This document shows, one piece after another, positions 38,708 to 49,296 of a DNA stretch of 64,000 nucleotides. The notes beneath the pieces are model-generated. The model made no database searches. It was not told the DNA's origin and worked only from the letters and a program-made list of their open reading frames with translations. The translations under genes were made by a program, and so were the position numbers. Where the stretch lies: NCBI GenBank assembly GCA_963816185.1, contig CAWFJJ010000001.1, positions 384,001-448,000 on the forward strand, given 5' to 3'. How positions within the stretch are numbered: the first letter of the stretch is position 1; every line of letters begins with the position of its first letter. The DNA is from Thermoanaerobaculia bacterium. GTDB lineage: Bacteria > Acidobacteriota > Thermoanaerobaculia > UBA5066.

Positions 38708-38742
38708 ATGGAAAGAACGCTGCGGTTTCGGACGCTATTCCA

Positions 38743-38832
38743 GGGATTTCTTCTGAAAGGAAAGAAATTCAAATGCGCGTCGCCCGATCGCGGCCGCTTG
38801 GCCTCAGCCACATTCCCTTTCTAAGAAATCCC
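38743..38832. repeat. ~90-bp element with imperfect terminal inverted repeats GGGATTTCTT(CT/A)GAAAGG
   Basis: Left end GGGATTTCTTCTGAAAGGAAA, right end TTCCCTTTCTAAGAAATCCC. Confidence 0.65.
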
Positions 38833-38873
38833 CGGTGGGAAATCTCCGGCCTGAGATAACGTGACCCGGCCTC

Positions 38874-40193
38874 ATGACGTCATTCGGCGTGCCCCGGCGC
38901 CTCATCGGACTCGTCGACGCGACGGCGCTCGTCGTCGGCTCGATGATCGGCTCGGGCATCTTCATCGTGTCGGCCGAATCCGCGCGGCTCGTGGGAACGC
39001 CGGCCAGGCTGCTCGCGGTGTGGGCCCTCGCGGGCTTGCTCACGCTTCTGGCGGCGAATGCGTGCGCCGAGCTCGCCACGATGTTCCCGCTCGCGGGCGG
39101 CCCCTACGTCTTCTTCCGGGAGGCATACGGGCCGCTCGCGGGCTTTCTTTACGGCTGGACGATGGCGCTCGTCATCCAGACGGGCACGATCGCGGCGGTC
39201 GCCGTCGCCTTCGCAAAGTTTCTCGGGATCCTCGTACCGTCCGTCGCGGGCGGCGCGACGAAGGCCGTCGCCGCGTCGGCCGTGCTCGTCCTCAGCGCCA
39301 CGAACGCGCTCGGGCTCAAGACGGGGACGCGCGTGCAAAACGTCCTGACCGTCCTCAAAGTCGCGGCGCTCGCCGCCTTGACCGCGGGCGGAATCGCTTT
39401 CGGCCGGTCGGGAGCGAACATGCCGTCCGAGGGCCCTCCTTTCTCGGGCGCCCTGGTCGTGGCTTTCGCGCTCGCGCTCGTCGGGCCGGCGTTCTCGCAA
39501 TCGGCCTGGACGAACGTGACGTTCCCCGGCGCCGAGGTCAAGGACCCCGGCCGCACGTTCCCGCGCGCACTCCTCCTCGGCTGCGCGCTCGTGACGGGTC
39601 TTTACGTGCTCGCGAACGTCGGATACCTGCGCGCGCTGGGCCTTTCGGGCATCGCCCACGCTGCGCAGGATCGCGTCGGCACCGCGGCGGCGGCGGCTCT
39701 CCTTCCCGGCGGCGGCGCGTGGATGGCCGCCGCGATCCTCGTCTCGACGTTCGGGTGCGTAAACGGCCTTGTTCTTTCCGGCGCGCGCATCGTGTACGCG
39801 CTCGCGGCGGACGGCCATCTTCCGGCCGCGGCCGCGCGCCTGAACGCGACGGGCGTCCCGGGCATCGCGCTCGCGCTGCAAGCCGCATGGACCCTCATCC
39901 TCGTCCTCTCGGGGACGTACTCGGACCTCCTGCGTTACGTGGTGGCGGTGGAGCTCGTCGTCCTCATCCTCCTCGTCCTCGCGGTGCCGGTCCTCCGCCG
40001 AAGGCTTCCCTCCCGCGAGCGGCCCTACCGGGCGTGGGGCCATCCGGGGACGTCCGCGCTGTTCCTCTGCCTCGCGGCATCCGTCGTGATCCTCCTTGCG
40101 ATCGCGAGCCCGCGGACGACGCTGCCCGGATTCGCTCTCGTCCTCTTCGGAATTCCCGTCTTCTTCGTGCGCCGGAGAGGGCGGCCCGCATGA
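38874..40193 (+). CDS. APC family amino acid permease
   Basis: GSMIGSGIF, AELATMFP.AGGPY, EVKDPGRTFPRAL, RPYRAWG; about 12 TM. Confidence 0.9.
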   Translation: MTSFGVPRRLIGLVDATALVVGSMIGSGIFIVSAESARLVGTPARLLAVWALAGLLTLLAANACAELATMFPLAGGPYVFFREAYGPLAGFLYGWTMALVIQTGTIAAVAVAFAKFLGILVPSVAGGATKAVAASAVLVLSATNALGLKTGTRVQNVLTVLKVAALAALTAGGIAFGRSGANMPSEGPPFSGALVVAFALALVGPAFSQSAWTNVTFPGAEVKDPGRTFPRALLLGCALVTGLYVLANVGYLRALGLSGIAHAAQDRVGTAAAAALLPGGGAWMAAAILVSTFGCVNGLVLSGARIVYALAADGHLPAAAARLNATGVPGIALALQAAWTLILVLSGTYSDLLRYVVAVELVVLILLVLAVPVLRRRLPSRERPYRAWGHPGTSALFLCLAASVVILLAIASPRTTLPGFALVLFGIPVFFVRRRGRPA

Positions 40194-40798
40194 AGGAGGC
40201 CGGCGAGTACTCCTGGCTTCTCGCCTTCGAGGGTGAGGAAGCGGAGGCGAACGAGGCCGCCCGGAGCGCCGCCGCCGCGATTCGGACGTCGGGCCTGCCG
40301 GGCCTCGTGGACGTCGTGCCCGCGGCGCGGACCGTCCTCGTCCTGGGCTCGCCAGGGCTTTCTCCTTCTCGACTCGAAGCCTTCGAGGCCTCTTCCCGTG
40401 ACAGAGTCTCCCCACCCCTGCCGCGCAGGCACGAGATCCGGATGACGCCGGACGGCGCCGACCTCGACGAAATTGCCTCGCGCTCAGGCCTTTCGGCCGA
40501 CGCCTTCCTCGAGGTGTTCGTCCAGCTCGATTTCACGGTCGGATTCCTCGGCTTCTCGCCGGGATTCGCCTATCTTTACGGATTGCCGAAGGCGTTCCAT
40601 CTGCCGAGGCGGGGGACACCGCGCGCCGCCGTGCCCGCCGGAAGCGTCGCCCTCGCGGGGCCATACGTCGGCATCTATCCCGCGCCGACTCCGGGCGGGT
40701 GGAACCTCCTCGGGAGGACCGCGCGCCGCCTCTTCGACCTCCGCGCCGACCCGCCTTTTCTCTTCGCGCCGGGCGACCGGGTGCGGTTCCGGCTGTGA
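40190..40798 (+). CDS. pxpB: 5-oxoprolinase subunit B
   Basis: DVVPAARTVLV, GFLGFSPGFAYL, PRRGTPR..VPAGSVAL, YPAPTPGGWNLLGRT. Confidence 0.85.
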   Translation: MKEAGEYSWLLAFEGEEAEANEAARSAAAAIRTSGLPGLVDVVPAARTVLVLGSPGLSPSRLEAFEASSRDRVSPPLPRRHEIRMTPDGADLDEIASRSGLSADAFLEVFVQLDFTVGFLGFSPGFAYLYGLPKAFHLPRRGTPRAAVPAGSVALAGPYVGIYPAPTPGGWNLLGRTARRLFDLRADPPFLFAPGDRVRFRL

Positions 40799-41721
40799 CC
40801 GAGACCCGAGGATTCCTCGTCCTGGAGCCCGGGCTCCTCACGACGGTGCAGGACCTCGGACGATACGGGTGGGCGTCTTTCGGCGTTCCGGTCGCAGGTG
40901 CGCTCGACGAGGAAGCGCTGCGCCTGGCAAACCGCCTCGTCGGAAATGCCGAAAACGCGGCCGCTCTCGAGATCACGATCGTGGGCCCCGTCCTGCGCGC
41001 GGCGGGCGATCTCCACCTGGCCGTCGTGGGCGGGGCGTTCGGACCGTCGCCCGGGAAGGTGTTTCGCGCCTCGGACGGAGAGATCGTGTCCCTCGCGGCG
41101 GCGCCCGGTGAGACTCGGGCGATCGCGGCAGTCGGCGGCGGGATCGACGTTCCTCTCGTTCTCGGCAGCCGTTCCGCGTGTGTCTCCGGCCGTTTCGGCG
41201 GATTTCAGGGACGGCGCCTCCAACGCGGGGACTTCCTTCCGGTGTTTCCGGCTTCGGCGCCGCCGCTCGTCGAGGGGGTGGCCGACATCGCGCGGCCGGG
41301 CGATGGCGTCGTCGTCCTGCGCGCGTTCTCGGGACCGGATGAAGGCGAATTCGACGCCGCGGCGCGCACGGCGTTCTGGGACACCCCGTGGAAGATCCTC
41401 CCGGAGTCGAACCGCATGGGGTTGAGGCTCTCGGGTCCTTCACTGGGTCTCCTGGAAACGGCCTCGCGCGCGTCCGAAGGGACGACCCGGGGCACCGTCC
41501 AGGTGACCGCCGACGGGCACCCCATCGTGCTCCTCGCGGAGAGGCCGACGACGGGCGGCTATCCGAAGATCGCCGTCGTGGCGGCCGTCGACCTCGATCT
41601 CCTCGCGCGGACGTCGCCGGGCCGAAACGTGCGCTTTGAGAGAATCTCCGTGGGAGAAGCCAGAAAGTTGATGGACGCGCGCGAAGCTCGCATCCGTGCG
41701 TTTCCCGGAGGCCCTGAATGA
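40795..41721 (+). CDS. pxpC: 5-oxoprolinase subunit C
   Basis: PGLLTTVQDLGR, NRLVGN, LGSRS, SNRMGLRL, TTGGYPKIA. Confidence 0.88.
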   Translation: MTETRGFLVLEPGLLTTVQDLGRYGWASFGVPVAGALDEEALRLANRLVGNAENAAALEITIVGPVLRAAGDLHLAVVGGAFGPSPGKVFRASDGEIVSLAAAPGETRAIAAVGGGIDVPLVLGSRSACVSGRFGGFQGRRLQRGDFLPVFPASAPPLVEGVADIARPGDGVVVLRAFSGPDEGEFDAAARTAFWDTPWKILPESNRMGLRLSGPSLGLLETASRASEGTTRGTVQVTADGHPIVLLAERPTTGGYPKIAVVAAVDLDLLARTSPGRNVRFERISVGEARKLMDAREARIRAFPGGPE

Positions 41722-42542
41722 CCGAGCCCGTTCGAGAGTTCCGCGCCAAGAGCCGCTACGCGATCGACCTGAATTTCGACGGCGGCGAGGGCGGCGACGA
41801 CGTGGCTCTGATGCGCTGGGTTTCCACGGTGAACATCGCCTGCGGAGGGCACGCGGGGGACGAGGTCTCGATGCGGCGGGTCGTGTGCCTCGCGCTCGCA
41901 AAGGGGGTCGCGATCCACGCACACCCCTCGTACGAGGATCGTACGAATTTCGGGCGGAAGGACGTCGCGCTTTCTCCTGCGGGGATCGAGGCCCTCGTGA
42001 AGGGACAAGTCGACGCGTTGCGCAACATCGTCCGCGAGGAAGAGGGCGAGCTCACCGGCGTCAAACCGCACGGGGCGCTTTATCACGCGGCGGCGACGAA
42101 AGAGGCCGTCGCGTCCGCGATCGCGCGGGCGGTGTGGAGCGTTTCGAGGAACCTCGTCCTCGTCTCGTCTCCCGGATCGAAGCTCCTCGACGCCGGGCGC
42201 GCTCTGGGGCTCGCCGTCGCGATGGAAGGGTTCGTAGACCGCGGGTACGAAGCCGACGGCTCGCTCATTCCGCGGGGAGCTCCCGGGGCTCTCGTCGAGG
42301 ACCCGGAGGCCGCAGCCCGCTGCGCGGTCTCTTTCGTCTTCGACCGCCAGACCATCGCGCGAAACGGCCAGCCTGTCCCTCTCGCCGTCGACACTCTCTG
42401 CGTCCACGGCGACACGCCGAACGCTGCCGCGATCGCGGCCGAGGTGCGGGCCGCGCTCGTCGAGGCCGAGATCGTCGTACGCAGCCTGAAGGGGTGGCGT
42501 CCCCCGGCGCCGGGCTCCGAAGGGTCGTCCGCCCGGTTGTAG
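41718..42542 (+). CDS. pxpA: 5-oxoprolinase subunit A (LamB/YcsF)
   Basis: IDLN.D.GEG, NIACGGHAGD, AHPSY.DR..FGR, KPHGALY, DTLCVHGD. Confidence 0.9.
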   Translation: MTEPVREFRAKSRYAIDLNFDGGEGGDDVALMRWVSTVNIACGGHAGDEVSMRRVVCLALAKGVAIHAHPSYEDRTNFGRKDVALSPAGIEALVKGQVDALRNIVREEEGELTGVKPHGALYHAAATKEAVASAIARAVWSVSRNLVLVSSPGSKLLDAGRALGLAVAMEGFVDRGYEADGSLIPRGAPGALVEDPEAAARCAVSFVFDRQTIARNGQPVPLAVDTLCVHGDTPNAAAIAAEVRAALVEAEIVVRSLKGWRPPAPGSEGSSARL

Positions 42543-42668
42543 GAGTTCCACGAGAACTCGAGGGTCTCCGATGTCAGCTCAGGGTGAAGCGCGGTCCACC
42601 GCCGCGTCGAAGAGGCGTCTGCTGGTCTCGCCCTCCACCCAGACGAAATCCAAACGGCCCTCAACCGT

Positions 42669-42685
42669 TAAACTACGCCTCCATG
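42669..42685 (+). repeat. Direct repeat copy 1: TAAACTACGCCTCCATG
   Basis: Identical to 43344-43360. Confidence 0.9.
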
Positions 42686-42910
42686 ATGCCAACGAGGATT
42701 GTGACGAGGCGCCCACCCGGAGAGGACGTCCTGCGGGATTCGGCGATCCTCCAGAGGACTCTCAACGCTCTCCGCGGGAACGCGCTCGTCCCGCGCGGGG
42801 TCTATCGCTTCGCGAGCCATGAAGAGGCCGACGCATGGATGACCCTCCGGATCGCGGCTACTCACGCGCGCCTGAGCTCCGGGACCTCGCCTCGCTCTGC
42901 CGATCGCTGA
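42683..42910 (+). CDS. Small hypothetical protein (75 aa), partner of the nucleotidyltransferase
   Basis: C-terminal part of ORF 41696..42910; [16 protein letters not shown]; ATG lies inside the direct repeat. Confidence 0.65.
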   Translation: MMPTRIVTRRPPGEDVLRDSAILQRTLNALRGNALVPRGVYRFASHEEADAWMTLRIAATHARLSSGTSPRSADR

Positions 42911-43326
42911 ACAGAGAAAGAGTCCGCTATCTCCTCATCGGCGGTTTTGCCGTCGTGCTTCACGGCTCCGTGCGCACGACGAAGGACATCGATCTTCTCG
43001 TCGACGCCTCCCGCGACAACGTCCGTGCGCTGAAGCGCGCGCTGAAGGACCTCCCAGACAACGCCGTAGCGGAAGTCGCGGATGATGACGTCGGCCGCTA
43101 CCGGGTCGTGAGGGTGGCCGACGAGATCGTCGTCGACCTGATGGCCGAGGCCTGCGGAATCGACTACGGGTCGGCCCTCCGGCTCGGCGTCGAGACGAAA
43201 CGGATCGAGGACGTCGACGTCCCGGTCGCGAGCAAGAGTCTCCTCATCCTCACGAAGGACACCGTGCGCGACAGCGACAAAGCCGACGTAGCCTTTCTGC
43301 GCGTACGGATCGAAGAAGGGCGTTAG
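42835..43326 (+). CDS. Nucleotidyltransferase-fold protein (DUF6036/AbiEii-like)
   Basis: [35 protein letters not shown]. Confidence 0.78.
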   Translation: MDDPPDRGYSRAPELRDLASLCRSLNRERVRYLLIGGFAVVLHGSVRTTKDIDLLVDASRDNVRALKRALKDLPDNAVAEVADDDVGRYRVVRVADEIVVDLMAEACGIDYGSALRLGVETKRIEDVDVPVASKSLLILTKDTVRDSDKADVAFLRVRIEEGR

Positions 43327-43343
43327 CCGCCCCTTGAACCCGC

Positions 43344-43360
43344 TAAACTACGCCTCCATG
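43344..43360 (+). repeat. Direct repeat copy 2: TAAACTACGCCTCCATG (purL -10 box plus start codon)
   Basis: Identical to 42669-42685. Confidence 0.9.
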
Positions 43361-45574
43361 GCTCTCCCGGCCGCGCATCTGTCTCCCGCCGTCGTGGCCG
43401 AGCACGGGCTCTCGCCGGACGAGTTCCTGAGGATCCGGGAGATCCTCGGCCGCGACCCGAACCTCGTGGAGCTGGGGATCTACTCGGCGCTCTGGAGCGA
43501 GCACTGCTCGTACAAATCCTCGAAGCCGTTCCTGAAGGAGCTGCCGACGACGGGGCCGCGCGTCCTGCAGGGTCCCGGCGAGAACGCGGGTGCCGTGGAC
43601 ATCGGCGACGGCCTCGCCGCCGTCTTCAAGATGGAGTCGCACAACCACCCGTCGTTCATCGAGCCCTATCAGGGGGCGGCGACGGGCGTCGGCGGGATCC
43701 TGCGCGACGTTTTCACGATGGGCGCGCGCCCGCTCGCGATCCTCGACCCGCTCTTTTTCGGGGACCCCGTATCTCCGCGGATGCGCGACCTCGTGGACGG
43801 CGTCGTGCGCGGGATCGGGGGCTACGGCAACTGCATCGGCGTGCCGACGGTCGGCGGCATGACGTTCTTTCACCCGGCGTACAACAAGAACATCCTCGTG
43901 AACGTCATGGCGGTCGGCCTCGTGCGGCAGGACCGGATTTTCCGCGCGAAGGCCGCCGGCCCGGGAAATCCCGTCCTCTATGCGGGCTCGAAGACGGGCC
44001 GCGACGGAATCCACGGCGCGTCGATGGCGTCGGACGCTTTCGATGATCGGAAATCCCAGCGCCGGCCGACCGTGCAGGTCGGAGACCCGTTCGTCGAGAA
44101 GCTCGTCCTCGAGGCCGTGCTCGAGGTCCTCGAGAGGGACGCCGTCGTCGCGATCCAGGACATGGGCGCGGCCGGCCTGACGTCCTCGACGTTCGAGATG
44201 TGCGCCCGCGGCGGCGTCGGGATGGAGCTCGACCTGTCGAAGGTCCCGATGCGCGAGACGGGGATGACGCCGTACGAGCTGATGCTCTCCGAGTCGCAGG
44301 AGCGCATGGTCCTCGTCGTCCACAGGGGTCGGGAGAAAGAGGTCGCCGCGATCTTCCGCAAGTGGGGCGTGGACGTCGCCGCGATCGGCGTCGTGCGCAA
44401 AGAGCCGCGCATGCGCCTCCTCTGGCAAGGCGACGTCGTCGCCGATCTCGAGATCGCCCCGCTCGTCCAGGACGCTCCCCTCTACCGGCGTGACGTCACC
44501 GCGCCGAAGCCCCAGTCGTCCTCGTCGCCCGTCCGCCTCGAGGGCGCGCCGGACGACGCCGCGGCGCTCTTGACGCTCCTCGCGTCGCCGAACCTCTGCT
44601 CGAAGCGGTGGATCGCCACGCAATACGACTGGAGCGTGAGGACGAACACGGTCGCCGGCCCGGGCGGCGACGCAGCCATCATCCGCGTCCCGGGGACGGT
44701 CAAGGGGCTCGCGATGACGTGCGACGTCAACCCGCGCTACGTCGCGGCCGACCCGCAGACCGGCGCCGCGCATGCGGTGGCAGAGGCCGCGCTCAATCTC
44801 GCCTGCGTCGGCGCGAGGCCGCTCGCGGTGACGGACTGCCTCAATTTCGGGAACCCCGAGCGCCCCGAGATCCTCGGCCAGTTCGCGGCGGCGATCCGCG
44901 GACTTTCGGAGGCGTGCCGCGCGTTCGAGACACCCGTCGTCTCGGGCAACGTGTCGCTCTACAACGAGACGGACGGCGTCTCCATCCTGCCCACACCCAC
45001 CGTCGGTATGGTAGGCCTGCTGGACGACGTCACGCGCACCGTCGGCCTCCATTTCGTGCGGGAGGGCGACATCGTGGCCCTCCTCGGGACGACGCGCGAC
45101 GAGATGGGCGCGAGCGAATACCTCGCGACGGTCCTCGGACGCGACGAAGGCCCGTGCCCGGCGCTCGATCTCGCCTCGGCGCGCGCGCTCGTGAATCTGC
45201 TGCTGGAGACCGTGCGCGACGGCATGCTCTCCTCGGCGCACGACGTCTCCGAGGGCGGCCTCGCCGTGGCGCTCGCCGAGGCCGCAATGGGCCCTTCGGG
45301 CCTCGGGGCAGACGTCAACGTCGCCACGCCCCTGACGTCCACACGTCTTCTCTTCTCGCAGACGGCGGGGCGCGCCGTCATTTCGATGCCGGCAGGGCGC
45401 GAGCGGAACCTCGTGGAGGCGGGGCGCCGCTACGCCGTCGCGGTCTCCTTGCTGGGCCGGGTCGTGCCGGGCCGCCTCGCCGTCTCCGTCAACGGCGCGC
45501 GGATGCTCGATCTTCCGACGGCCGCGCTGAAATCCGTGTCCGAATCCGCCTTTTCCAAGCTCCTGGAGGTCTGA
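43358..45574 (+). CDS. purL: FGAM synthase subunit PurL (small type)
   Basis: [55 protein letters not shown]. Confidence 0.96.
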   Translation: MALPAAHLSPAVVAEHGLSPDEFLRIREILGRDPNLVELGIYSALWSEHCSYKSSKPFLKELPTTGPRVLQGPGENAGAVDIGDGLAAVFKMESHNHPSFIEPYQGAATGVGGILRDVFTMGARPLAILDPLFFGDPVSPRMRDLVDGVVRGIGGYGNCIGVPTVGGMTFFHPAYNKNILVNVMAVGLVRQDRIFRAKAAGPGNPVLYAGSKTGRDGIHGASMASDAFDDRKSQRRPTVQVGDPFVEKLVLEAVLEVLERDAVVAIQDMGAAGLTSSTFEMCARGGVGMELDLSKVPMRETGMTPYELMLSESQERMVLVVHRGREKEVAAIFRKWGVDVAAIGVVRKEPRMRLLWQGDVVADLEIAPLVQDAPLYRRDVTAPKPQSSSSPVRLEGAPDDAAALLTLLASPNLCSKRWIATQYDWSVRTNTVAGPGGDAAIIRVPGTVKGLAMTCDVNPRYVAADPQTGAAHAVAEAALNLACVGARPLAVTDCLNFGNPERPEILGQFAAAIRGLSEACRAFETPVVSGNVSLYNETDGVSILPTPTVGMVGLLDDVTRTVGLHFVREGDIVALLGTTRDEMGASEYLATVLGRDEGPCPALDLASARALVNLLLETVRDGMLSSAHDVSEGGLAVALAEAAMGPSGLGADVNVATPLTSTRLLFSQTAGRAVISMPAGRERNLVEAGRRYAVAVSLLGRVVPGRLAVSVNGARMLDLPTAALKSVSESAFSKLLEV

Positions 45575-45576
45575 AC

Positions 45577-46173
45577 GTGACGAGAGTTTTTCACCGCGCG
45601 CCGATGGCCTTGTTTTGCGCGACCTTTCTGACCGCTCCTCAGGCGCGCGCGGCCTCGTTGAAGGTCGGGGCCCCCGCGCCGGACTTCACGCTGCCGGCCG
45701 CCTCGGACGGCAAGGCGGTCGCGCTGAAGGATCTGCTCGCGAAGAGCAAGGCGGTCGCCGTCGTGTTCGTCGCGACGCAGTGTCCGGTTTCGAACGCCTA
45801 CAACGCGCGCATGGCCGCCCTCGGGAAGGAGTACGCGGCGAAGGGCATTCCGCTCGTCGGGATCAACAGCAACAAGACCGAGCCGGCAGCCGAGGTCAAG
45901 GCGCACGCGGAAAAGCACGGCTTCACTTTCCCGGTCCTCAAGGATGACCGCAACAAGATCGCCGACGCCTACGGCGCGACGAGGACGCCGGAGGTCTTCG
46001 TTCTCGACCCGAAGGGGAACCTGCTCTACCACGGTCGCATCGACGAGAACCAGGACGATCCCAAGGGTGTGAAATCGCCGGACCTGAGGAATGCGCTCGA
46101 CGCCATCCTCTCGGGAAGGCCCGTTCCCGCAGCCGAGACGAAAGCGTTCGGATGCAGCATCAAGCGCGTTTGA
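45577..46173 (+). CDS. Exported AhpC/TSA thioredoxin-family protein
   Basis: GTG after GGAGG; APDFTL, QCPVS, ATRTPEVF, YHGRID, GCSIK. Confidence 0.82.
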   Translation: MTRVFHRAPMALFCATFLTAPQARAASLKVGAPAPDFTLPAASDGKAVALKDLLAKSKAVAVVFVATQCPVSNAYNARMAALGKEYAAKGIPLVGINSNKTEPAAEVKAHAEKHGFTFPVLKDDRNKIADAYGATRTPEVFVLDPKGNLLYHGRIDENQDDPKGVKSPDLRNALDAILSGRPVPAAETKAFGCSIKRV

Positions 46174-46673
46174 GCTTCGCCCGAAAGTTCCTGCTGAGCG
46201 CGGCGGCCCTCGTGGTGCTCGCGCGACCCGCGGCTTCCGATCCCGTGAAGCTCGTCAGGCCGGAGCAATACCGCGCGCGCGTCGTGGCGGCGAAGAAGGG
46301 CCGCGTCCTCCTCGTGAACTTCTGGGCGACGTGGTGCGACCCGTGCCGCGAGGAGATGCCCGCCCTCGTCTCCGCCGCGAAGGGATTCTCCTCGAAGGAC
46401 GTGGCCGTCGCCCTCGTGTCGACCGACTCGCTGAAGAAGACGGCGGACGTGCAGAGGTTCCTCGCGTCGAGGAAGATCCCGTTCGTCTGCTGGCAGGCGA
46501 AGAGCCCCGACCCGCAGCGCTTCATCGACGCGGTGGACAAGAGCTGGGACGGCGCCGTGCCCTACACGCTCGTGTACGACCGCAAGGGCGAGATCGTCGC
46601 GCGTCTCGCGGGGCCGCAGACGGAGAAGTCCTTCGGCGAGGCGATCCGGAAGGCGCTGGCGCCGGCCTCTTGA
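46152..46673 (+). CDS. TlpA-family disulfide reductase
   Basis: VNFWATWCDPCREEMP. Confidence 0.9.
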   Translation: MQHQARLSFARKFLLSAAALVVLARPAASDPVKLVRPEQYRARVVAAKKGRVLLVNFWATWCDPCREEMPALVSAAKGFSSKDVAVALVSTDSLKKTADVQRFLASRKIPFVCWQAKSPDPQRFIDAVDKSWDGAVPYTLVYDRKGEIVARLAGPQTEKSFGEAIRKALAPAS

Positions 46674-47275
46674 CGCGCCGCCGGTTCGACGCCCTCTTCC
46701 TCGATCGCGACGGGACGCTCGTCGTCGAGCGCGGTTTCCTCGGAGATCCGAAGGGCGTGCGGCTCGCGCCCGGAGCGGCGGAGCGCCTGCGCGCGTTCCA
46801 ACGGCAGGGCACGGCGCTCTTCATCGTCACGAATCAGTCCGGCCTCGCGCGCGGCTTCCTGACCCGGGAGCAGGTGGATGCGGTGAACGCCGAAATCGTG
46901 CGCCGCTACGCCGCCCGGGGCGTGAGGTTCGCGGACATCCTTGTGTGCCCGCACCACCCCGAAGCCTCGATACCGTCCCTTCGCCGGAAGTGCCGCTGTC
47001 GCAAGCCGGGAACGCTCCTCCACGAGCGCGCGCTCCGCGCTCGCGGCCTTTCGGGACGGCGTTCGGCGGTCGTGGGAGACAAGTGGGACGACGTGGGGTC
47101 CGGCCTCGCGCTCGGCGCGGCGACGGCGCACGTCCTCACGGGGCACGGCCGCCGGGAGCGGTCGCTCGTTCGCGCCCGCGCGCCCGGTGCGATACTCGCG
47201 ACCACGCTCGCCGATGCTCTCGACCAGCTCCTCTCGCGCCGTCCGTCTCGCCGTCCGCCGCGGAGATCCGCGTGA
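46670..47275 (+). CDS. gmhB: Heptose 1,7-bisphosphate phosphatase
   Basis: FLDRDGTL, VTNQSG, CPHHP, CRCRKP, GDK.DD. Confidence 0.9.
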   Translation: MTRRRFDALFLDRDGTLVVERGFLGDPKGVRLAPGAAERLRAFQRQGTALFIVTNQSGLARGFLTREQVDAVNAEIVRRYAARGVRFADILVCPHHPEASIPSLRRKCRCRKPGTLLHERALRARGLSGRRSAVVGDKWDDVGSGLALGAATAHVLTGHGRRERSLVRARAPGAILATTLADALDQLLSRRPSRRPPRRSA

Positions 47276-48726
47276 CGCCGCGTGAAATCGCCGCGCTCGC
47301 GGCCGCGGCGCCCAGCGTCACGGTGGCGGTCGCGGGAGATCTCATGCTCGACGAGACGTGGGTGGGCTCCGTCGAACGCGTGGCGCCAGAGGCGCCCGTC
47401 CCTCTCCTGTCCCTCACCGCGATGAGCCGGCGCGCGGGCGGCGCCGGAAACGTCGTCGAGAACCTCGCGTGCCTCGGGGCGCGCGTCGTCACGCTGGGAG
47501 CGGTCGGGCCCGGCGAGGAGGGCGCGTGGCTCGCACGGCGGCTCACGACGTTGCCGGGGGCCTCCGGCACGATCGTCGTGGATCCGCTCCGGGCGACACC
47601 CGTCAAGCGCCGCATGGTGTCCGAGGGACGCCAGATGCTGCGCGTGGACGAGGAGCTCGCGTCCGAGCTGTCGCCGTCCGCGGAGCGCGCGCTGATTTCG
47701 GCCGCGCAAAAGGCCGTGGACGCCGCCGACGTGCTCCTGCTCTCCGACTACGCGAAGGGCACGCTCACGCTGGCCCTCACGTCCACCCTCCTCAAGGCCG
47801 CGCGCGCGAAGGGGATTCCCGCGCTCGTCGATCCGAAGGGCCGCGACTATGCACGTTATCGCGGCGCGACGGTCGTGATGCCGAATCGCCGGGAGCTGGA
47901 GGCCGTGACGGACGAGCCCGCGCGCGACCTGACGGCCGTCGCTCGCCTCGGCACGAGCCTGAGGGAAGAGCTCGGGCTCGAAGCGCTTCTCGTGAAGCTC
48001 TCGGAGGAGGGGATGCTCCTCCTCGCGCGGGGCCAGGAGCCGCGGCGCATCACCGCCCATGCCCGGGAGGTGTTCGACGTGACGGGAGCGGGGGACACGG
48101 TTCTCGCGGCGTTCGGCGTGGCGGTGGCCTGCGGGCTCGGGCTCTTCGAAGCGGCCGAGGTCGCGAATCGCGCGGCGAGCTACGCGGTCGGGCGCGTCGG
48201 CACCGCGCCGGTCCACTGGGCCGACCTCTTCGAAGGGGCGGCGGGGTCGCCGCACGAAAAGCTCCTGGACCGTACGCACCTGCCGGCCGTCTCCTCGATG
48301 CTGCAGCGCGCGCACAAGAACGTCGTGTTCACGAACGGCTGCTTCGACCTCCTTCACCCCGGGCACGTGAAGCTCCTGACGGAAGCGCGGAAGGGCGGGG
48401 ACGTTCTCGTCGTCGGCCTCAACAGCGATGAGTCGGTGAAGCGGTTGAAAGGCGGCGGACGGCCGATCCTCTCCGAGACGGACCGCGCACAGGTCCTCGG
48501 AGGGCTCGATGCGGTGGACTTCGTCGTCATCTTCGACGAGGACACGCCGGAGGCGGTCATCCGGGAGCTGCGTCCCCAGACGCTCGTCAAGGGCGGCGAC
48601 TACACCGAGGACACCGTCGTCGGCGGGACCTTCGTGCGGTCGTACGGCGGCTCCGTCGTCCTCGTTCCGTTGGTTCGGGGCCTCTCGACCTCCTCGATGG
48701 TCACGCGGATGAAGGGCGGAACCTGA
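47272..48726 (+). CDS. hldE: Bifunctional heptose 7-phosphate kinase / 1-phosphate adenylyltransferase
   Basis: GDLMLD, PEAPVP, SDYAKG, DVTGAGDTV, FTNGCFDLLHPGH, VKGGDY. Confidence 0.94.
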   Translation: MTPREIAALAAAAPSVTVAVAGDLMLDETWVGSVERVAPEAPVPLLSLTAMSRRAGGAGNVVENLACLGARVVTLGAVGPGEEGAWLARRLTTLPGASGTIVVDPLRATPVKRRMVSEGRQMLRVDEELASELSPSAERALISAAQKAVDAADVLLLSDYAKGTLTLALTSTLLKAARAKGIPALVDPKGRDYARYRGATVVMPNRRELEAVTDEPARDLTAVARLGTSLREELGLEALLVKLSEEGMLLLARGQEPRRITAHAREVFDVTGAGDTVLAAFGVAVACGLGLFEAAEVANRAASYAVGRVGTAPVHWADLFEGAAGSPHEKLLDRTHLPAVSSMLQRAHKNVVFTNGCFDLLHPGHVKLLTEARKGGDVLVVGLNSDESVKRLKGGGRPILSETDRAQVLGGLDAVDFVVIFDEDTPEAVIRELRPQTLVKGGDYTEDTVVGGTFVRSYGGSVVLVPLVRGLSTSSMVTRMKGGT

Positions 48727-49289
48727 TGCGTGCCTACCTCGACGACCTGGCCACGCTCGCTGCCGGAGCGGCCCTCTCGATCGGGCCCGGAGTGGAAAAG
48801 GCCGCGCGTCTCGTGGCCGACGCGGCCCTTTCGGGGCGCACGACGTTCGCGTTCGGGAACGGCGGAAGCGCGACGCAGGCGCAGCACTTCGCGGCCGAGC
48901 TCGTCGTGCGCTATCAGGAGAACCGGCCCGCGCTCCCGGCGGTCGCCCTGACAGCCGACATCGCGATCCTGACCGCCTGTGCGAACGACTACGACTACTC
49001 GCTCGTCTTCTCGCGCCAGATCGAGGCGCTCGCGAAAGCGGGTGACGTGGCCGTCGGGATCACGACCTCGGGCTCGAGCCCGAACGTCCTGAAGGCGCTC
49101 GAAGCGGCGAGGGGGCGCGGGCTTGCGACCGTCTTCCTCACCGGCGAGAAGGGCCGCGTCGAGGCCGGGCGATGGGACGTCGGGATCGTCGTTCCGTCGG
49201 TAGAGACCGCACACGTACAGGAGCTCCACCTCGCCGCGCTTCATCTCATCTGCCGTTTCGTCGACGAGGAACGGCTGCGCAGGGGCTGA
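48726..49289 (+). CDS. gmhA: Sedoheptulose 7-phosphate isomerase
   Basis: GNGGSA..AQHFAAE, NDYDY..VFSRQ, TSG.SPN, QELH. Confidence 0.93.
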   Translation: MRAYLDDLATLAAGAALSIGPGVEKAARLVADAALSGRTTFAFGNGGSATQAQHFAAELVVRYQENRPALPAVALTADIAILTACANDYDYSLVFSRQIEALAKAGDVAVGITTSGSSPNVLKALEAARGRGLATVFLTGEKGRVEAGRWDVGIVVPSVETAHVQELHLAALHLICRFVDEERLRRG

Positions 49290-49296
49290 CGAGCGC

